Source: Candidatus Latescibacterota bacterium
GTDB lineage: Bacteria > Latescibacterota > UBA2968 > GCA-2709665
Length of the DNA stretch: 64,000 bases
Direction: 5' to 3'
Assembly: GCA_963667175.2 (NCBI GenBank)
Contig: CAXXXF010000018.1
Span: forward strand, 256,001 to 320,000
This document shows, piece after piece, positions 59,781 to 64,000 of the stretch. The notes under the pieces are model-generated. The model was not told the DNA's origin, made no database searches, and worked only from the letters and a program-made list of their open reading frames with translations. The stretch's first letter is position 1. Every line of letters starts with the position of its first letter. The position numbers and the translations under genes are program-made.

Positions 59781-62198
59781 TCATGGCATACCGGTTAGAA
59801 TCAACCGCTTCTCGATACGTCCCTTGCCATCTTCAGGCGTTCGCATGAACAGCAGTTCGTCCAGTTCTCCCCGCACCCATGTATCCACAAATGAGTCGTA
59901 GTGCCGGCTGCCCGGGTTGCCGGATTGCCCGCCCGGGTAGATCCCCCACGCCCGCACCTCGGGGCCCAGCTCGACAACCATGCGCCAGCAGGGGCCGTGG
60001 CCCCTGTTTGTCGCGTTGACAATGCCGCGACCCCCGCCCACAAACAGATCCAGGCGCGAGAATTCGGGTATCTTCAGAAGATGCCTGATATCCGCGCCCC
60101 TGAATCGTCCCCATTCCCATGAGTCGCCCATCGGTCCCAGTCTGACCGTCAATTCCGTGCAGGCTGACTCAAACGTGCTTCGGGCGAGGCCCGCAAGCGT
60201 CTCGACCGGCGCCGTCCGCGTGTTGTCAAACCACCTTGCGTTGGGTTCATCGATAATAAGCTTGACCGTTCGATCCCGCGAAGGGTATTGAATATTCGAC
60301 GCGGCGAATTCATCTCTCCATATTGTCCAATGGAGGTCCTTCCACCACACGTGAAAAATCGAAGGGGCAATCTCGTCGGCGTCCGCGAAATAATCCCAGT
60401 TCTCGAGTTCCTGGTAGATGGCCGCTTCGTCGGAATTGAGAGATCCTGGTTCGATGAACGTCAACAGGACGGGCAGGACCGACCGGGCGTACAGATTCTG
60501 CGTATCGAGTTGAAGGGCGCGGAAGTCATCGGGCATGACGTCTGTCATCTCGGCCAGGCGTTCGTTGATTCGGCGCGCGCGCGTCGGTGAGGAATAGCCG
60601 CCGGACAGCCAATACGGATACGTCGGGTCCACGGGACGCTGATTGGCGGAACTGACGAAGCCGCGCTCCGGATTCTTGACATGGGGCTTGTGGGCGTGCG
60701 GAATCCAGTCCTGCCAGTCGTGCAGAGGATCCGAACCGTCGGAAATGATCGCGCCCTGACCGGCCCACCTTACGGGCAATTTGCCATTGTGCCAGATCGC
60801 GATGTTTCCCTCAACGTCGGCATAGACAAAGTTCTGGGCGGGCGCATTGTGGTGGGTGAGCGCATCGACGAAGTCGTCATAGTTGCGGGCGGCATTGAGG
60901 CGGAGGCAGGCCAGCCACGCGTTGCCGCCGTCGTGAGCAACCCATCGGAACGCATGGCGTTCGGGAACCCCTTGTGACGCCAGGGTGGAGGAATCTGAAT
61001 CCCACACTACCGGTCCGTGGTGAGTGTAGCGTACGGTATCCATAAAGGTCTCGCCGCCCCTCACTCCGATCTCTTCAATCAACGTCTCCACCGGACGCCA
61101 TACGCCGCCGTGACGGTATTCCTGCAGTGTGTCGTCCCTGAAAGTTATCTCATACCAATCCGAGACATCGGTTCCGGCATTCGTGAGTCCCCATGCGATG
61201 TTGTGGTTGAATCCGATGACGACCCCCGGTCCTCCCGGAAGCGATACGCCGTAGACGTTGTGCGCTGGGCTGACGAGTTGAATCTCGTACCAAAGCGACG
61301 GGAGCGACAGGCCCAGGTGCGGGTCATTCGCCAGTATGGGATACCCACCGGTCGTCCTGTTCCCCGAGACCGCCCAGTTGTTGCTTCCGACACCCGCGTC
61401 GGTATCGGCGCCGACCGATCCTGACTTGAACGGATTGTCCGGCCGGATGACTTCGCGTGGTTCGAAATTCCAGGGCGTTCCCCTTGGGATCACCGTATCG
61501 TCGCCCACCGCGTCCGACGCGAACAGGTCCCTCACAACGGCCTCGCCGAATCGGTCGAGCGTGTTGGTCATCCTGAGGTCGGTTTTCCGGCCGCTCAGTA
61601 TCCAGGCCATGGACTTGATCAGGATCGCACACTTCAACGGCGTCCAGGTTTCCGGCTCATAGCCCAGAAGTTTGTACTCGATCGGGTAATCTCGAGGCCG
61701 CAGGCTATTGATGTACGCGTTGACGCCCTCCGTGAACGCCGTCACGGAACTCCGGGTTTGAGGTTCGGCCATGATTTCCCCGAGCGTATTTCGGGCGCCG
61801 TATACGAGTCCCACGCGCCTCTGATGCCGGTCGCGGTCCAGGGCGCCGGAACCCAGGATCTCCGCAAGGCGCCCTGCCGCGGCAGCAGTCTGAAACTCCA
61901 TCTGCCAGAGGCGGTCTTTCGCAGTCACGTATCCCTGGGCGAAAAACAGGTCCCGGTCGTTCTGGGCAAAGATATGCGGCACGCGGCGGTGGTCGTACAT
62001 GACCGATACGGGATCCAGCAGGCCATTGAGCCGCAGTTTTCGTTCGGCGGGAGGATCCCCTGTTTCGGCATTCTGCCAGAAGCCGTGGAAGGGACTCAGG
62101 AATCTCCCGGCGGCTGGAAATCCGCCCATGCGGGTATCGAGAACGATAACGACGATAAGGGTCGCAGCAGCGGAGATGATGAATTTGATTGAGGACAT
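59781..62198 (-). CDS. Penicillin acylase family (Ntn hydrolase, S45)
   Basis: VPHIFA, AQGYV.A.DRLWQM, GSNNWAV, NDPHL, PGGQSG. Confidence 0.95.
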   Translation of the reverse strand: MSSIKFIISAAATLIVVIVLDTRMGGFPAAGRFLSPFHGFWQNAETGDPPAERKLRLNGLLDPVSVMYDHRRVPHIFAQNDRDLFFAQGYVTAKDRLWQMEFQTAAAAGRLAEILGSGALDRDRHQRRVGLVYGARNTLGEIMAEPQTRSSVTAFTEGVNAYINSLRPRDYPIEYKLLGYEPETWTPLKCAILIKSMAWILSGRKTDLRMTNTLDRFGEAVVRDLFASDAVGDDTVIPRGTPWNFEPREVIRPDNPFKSGSVGADTDAGVGSNNWAVSGNRTTGGYPILANDPHLGLSLPSLWYEIQLVSPAHNVYGVSLPGGPGVVIGFNHNIAWGLTNAGTDVSDWYEITFRDDTLQEYRHGGVWRPVETLIEEIGVRGGETFMDTVRYTHHGPVVWDSDSSTLASQGVPERHAFRWVAHDGGNAWLACLRLNAARNYDDFVDALTHHNAPAQNFVYADVEGNIAIWHNGKLPVRWAGQGAIISDGSDPLHDWQDWIPHAHKPHVKNPERGFVSSANQRPVDPTYPYWLSGGYSSPTRARRINERLAEMTDVMPDDFRALQLDTQNLYARSVLPVLLTFIEPGSLNSDEAAIYQELENWDYFADADEIAPSIFHVWWKDLHWTIWRDEFAASNIQYPSRDRTVKLIIDEPNARWFDNTRTAPVETLAGLARSTFESACTELTVRLGPMGDSWEWGRFRGADIRHLLKIPEFSRLDLFVGGGRGIVNATNRGHGPCWRMVVELGPEVRAWGIYPGGQSGNPGSRHYDSFVDTWVRGELDELLFMRTPEDGKGRIEKRLILTGMP

Positions 62199-62200
62199 AG

Positions 62201-62615
62201 AGCGGTCAGGAAAAGGCAGCGGTCAGCAATCAGCGGTCAGCTTGAAGCAAGATCGAAAAACAGAAACCAACCCGGCGACATCAGCGTCGTCACGTGTCAG
62301 GAACGAACAGAACGAAGACCTCTCCCCCCGGCCCCTCAGAAGCGGTGAGACGTGAGAGGGTAGAACGTAGACGATCCCCCGCGCTCCGGCGGACATTGGT
62401 TCGGCCTGCCGAAATCTACCGGCGATATGCGCGGGACCTCTCCCCCCGGCCCCCTCTCCCGGGCGGAGAGGGGGAAGAACGGTAGCCATCAGCGGTCGGC
62501 TTGAAGCGAAATACCAATCGGTCGACATCATCGGCGTGACGGGTTAAGCAAGAGGTCTGGCGACATCAATTGACAGCGAATCCGTCGATATGAAGGGGCG
62601 GTTCGCGAACCGCCC
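62201..62615. repeat. Tandem composite repeat cluster ending in REP hairpin GGGCGGTTCGCGAACCGCCC
   Basis: Two heptamer/TTGAAGC modules (62217, 62484), two ACCTCTCCCCCCGGCCCC motifs, palindrome at 62596-62615. Confidence 0.8.
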
Positions 62616-62622
62616 GATGTGC

Positions 62623-63081
62623 TTACCCATTCGCCCGGCTGTCCTTGCCCTCAATCCCCTTCGCCTCCGCGAACCCCGTTACCACATCTATAATCTGGGG
62701 TTTGATCAGTTGGTTGTCATTGTAACTCATCGCAGTGAAGTCGATCTTTTCGGACTTGCCGCTATCGAGCCGGAACTCGAGCTTCATCAGTTGGATGTGA
62801 ATCTCGGAGATTGACGACCAGGGAATCCTTCGGCGTATGAACAGCCCTTTGTCAATCTCCAGATTCTCCTTCTTAAATGTGATGATGTAACTGTTTATCC
62901 GTTGTGCGAGACTGACGAAAATCAGAATCATCAGCCCGCCCGCCGACTGTATGGCGCCCAATACCGTGTTGGACTCGAGATTCAAAAGGCCCAAGATGAA
63001 AAATATCACACCCATAGCGGTCTGGGTCACGCGAAATCCCCGGGTTACAGGTATCGTAAGATCAAAAGTCCTCTCTTCCAT
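62623..63081 (-). CDS. Hypothetical 2-TM + PH-like domain protein
   Basis: GGAGG RBS before MEERTF; two TMs followed by RRIPWSSI motif. Confidence 0.65.
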   Translation of the reverse strand: MEERTFDLTIPVTRGFRVTQTAMGVIFFILGLLNLESNTVLGAIQSAGGLMILIFVSLAQRINSYIITFKKENLEIDKGLFIRRRIPWSSISEIHIQLMKLEFRLDSGKSEKIDFTAMSYNDNQLIKPQIIDVVTGFAEAKGIEGKDSRANG

Positions 63082-63618
63082 CGCGCCATCCTCCCCATTC
63101 ATGGACCGGTGAGTAATCGCGGCTCGCTTGCCGGAAAGGTACTGTGCCGAAGCCGTGACACTTAAAGACGTCGTCTGGATCAAGCCAATGCGCCTGGGAT
63201 GCGGGCGACAGGTTATCACGGGGAGCACCGTATAGTTTACATCCTCCCAATCTCCTTTGGTGGGCCTGGATGTCGACTATTTGCTTCTCCTGCGAATAAG
63301 TGGAAGCTGACAACTGCTCTTCCTGATCACTGGCCACTGCCCACTATTTACTGCTCTTGGTGATAATATACGACTACGACGGCAAAAGTGAGAACCAAAG
63401 ATGAACCGGCCGCGGTTTCAGATTGCGCGTGTTGCACGAGTTGTCTTTCTCTATCCGCGTCAGGTACCTATATTGTAGAACGGGAGGCGGTTCCCCGTCA
63501 AGCGACCGCGATCTATTATACGAGTCGTCCACGAAATATCGAATCTACATCCTGAATGAACTCACCTCGACCGCCTTCGGGGGAATCAATTGGCGGTTTT
63601 GCGGAGGATGGCGAGGCG

Positions 63619-64000
63619 ATGCGGATCCTGATCGTCGATGGCTGGACCTGTGAAGGGAACCGGACGCACGCGCTTGCGGGATGCGAGGAGCAGACGCGCG
63701 TCTTCGAGTCGCTCGTTCGAGAGTTTCAGCCTGAAGCGGACATCCGGATTGTCCATACGTACAGCGACGGCGGACGGGAAGATCCGGATCTCAGTCAGTA
63801 CGATGCCGCGGTCTGGACCGGCGGGGGCGGGAACATCTACGAAAACAACGCATTCAATCGGCGTCAACTCAGGCTGGGCGAACGCGTCCTGGAGGAAGTA
63901 CCGCGCGTCTGGGGCAGTTGCTGGGGATTTCAGGTCATCACGGCCGTCTGCAGCGGGGAGGTGGCGCCTGCCCGCGCGCCGGAGATTGGCATCGCGACCG
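63619..64000 (+). CDS. Class I glutamine amidotransferase-like protein (runs off window)
   Basis: Manual translation MRILIVDG...AVWTGGGG...VWGSCWGFQ (nucleophile Cys elbow). Confidence 0.8.
   Translation, partial: MRILIVDGWTCEGNRTHALAGCEEQTRVFESLVREFQPEADIRIVHTYSDGGREDPDLSQYDAAVWTGGGGNIYENNAFNRRQLRLGERVLEEVPRVWGSCWGFQVITAVCSGEVAPARAPEIGIAT

Overview
High-GC bacterial window, almost entirely minus-strand. The gene content tentatively suggests a Latescibacterota/Gemmatimonadota-like lineage (inference only). (1) 1-22.2 kb is a defence island. It holds a type I RM operon (hsdM-hsdS-cargo-hsdR, with HsdR fused to a LexA-like S24 peptidase), Septu/PtuAB-like and ART-like cargo pairs, an IS3 element, a low-GC RelE-like toxin-antitoxin pair and a two-gene giant STAND-like ATPase module. 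The island appears to be built from two units with the same frame: an ~85-bp promoter-like repeat upstream and a ~51-bp repeat downstream, enclosing different defence cargo. Inside the RM operon, cargo pairs are themselves bracketed by hsdS-3' and hsdR-5' sequences, including a degenerate duplicate junction. (2) 22383-23144 is an ORF-less group II intron whose EBS1 matches the tandem-repeat DNA it sits in. (3) 23-31 kb holds metabolic genes, a repeat/MITE-rich spacer and three frameshifted genes. (4) 31-49.8 kb is a co-oriented cluster: GlmL-like ATPase, lipoyl-like/KOW protein, DUF6754-like membrane proteins, an interleaved Opp-type ABC transporter and a gluzincin-propeller-barrel outer-membrane protein. 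(5) 49.8-64 kb holds rnc, the fab operon (no plsX), rpmF, yceD, two inserted nucleases, ndk, a penicillin acylase and REP-like composite repeats. All identities and coordinates were read by eye; no searches were run.
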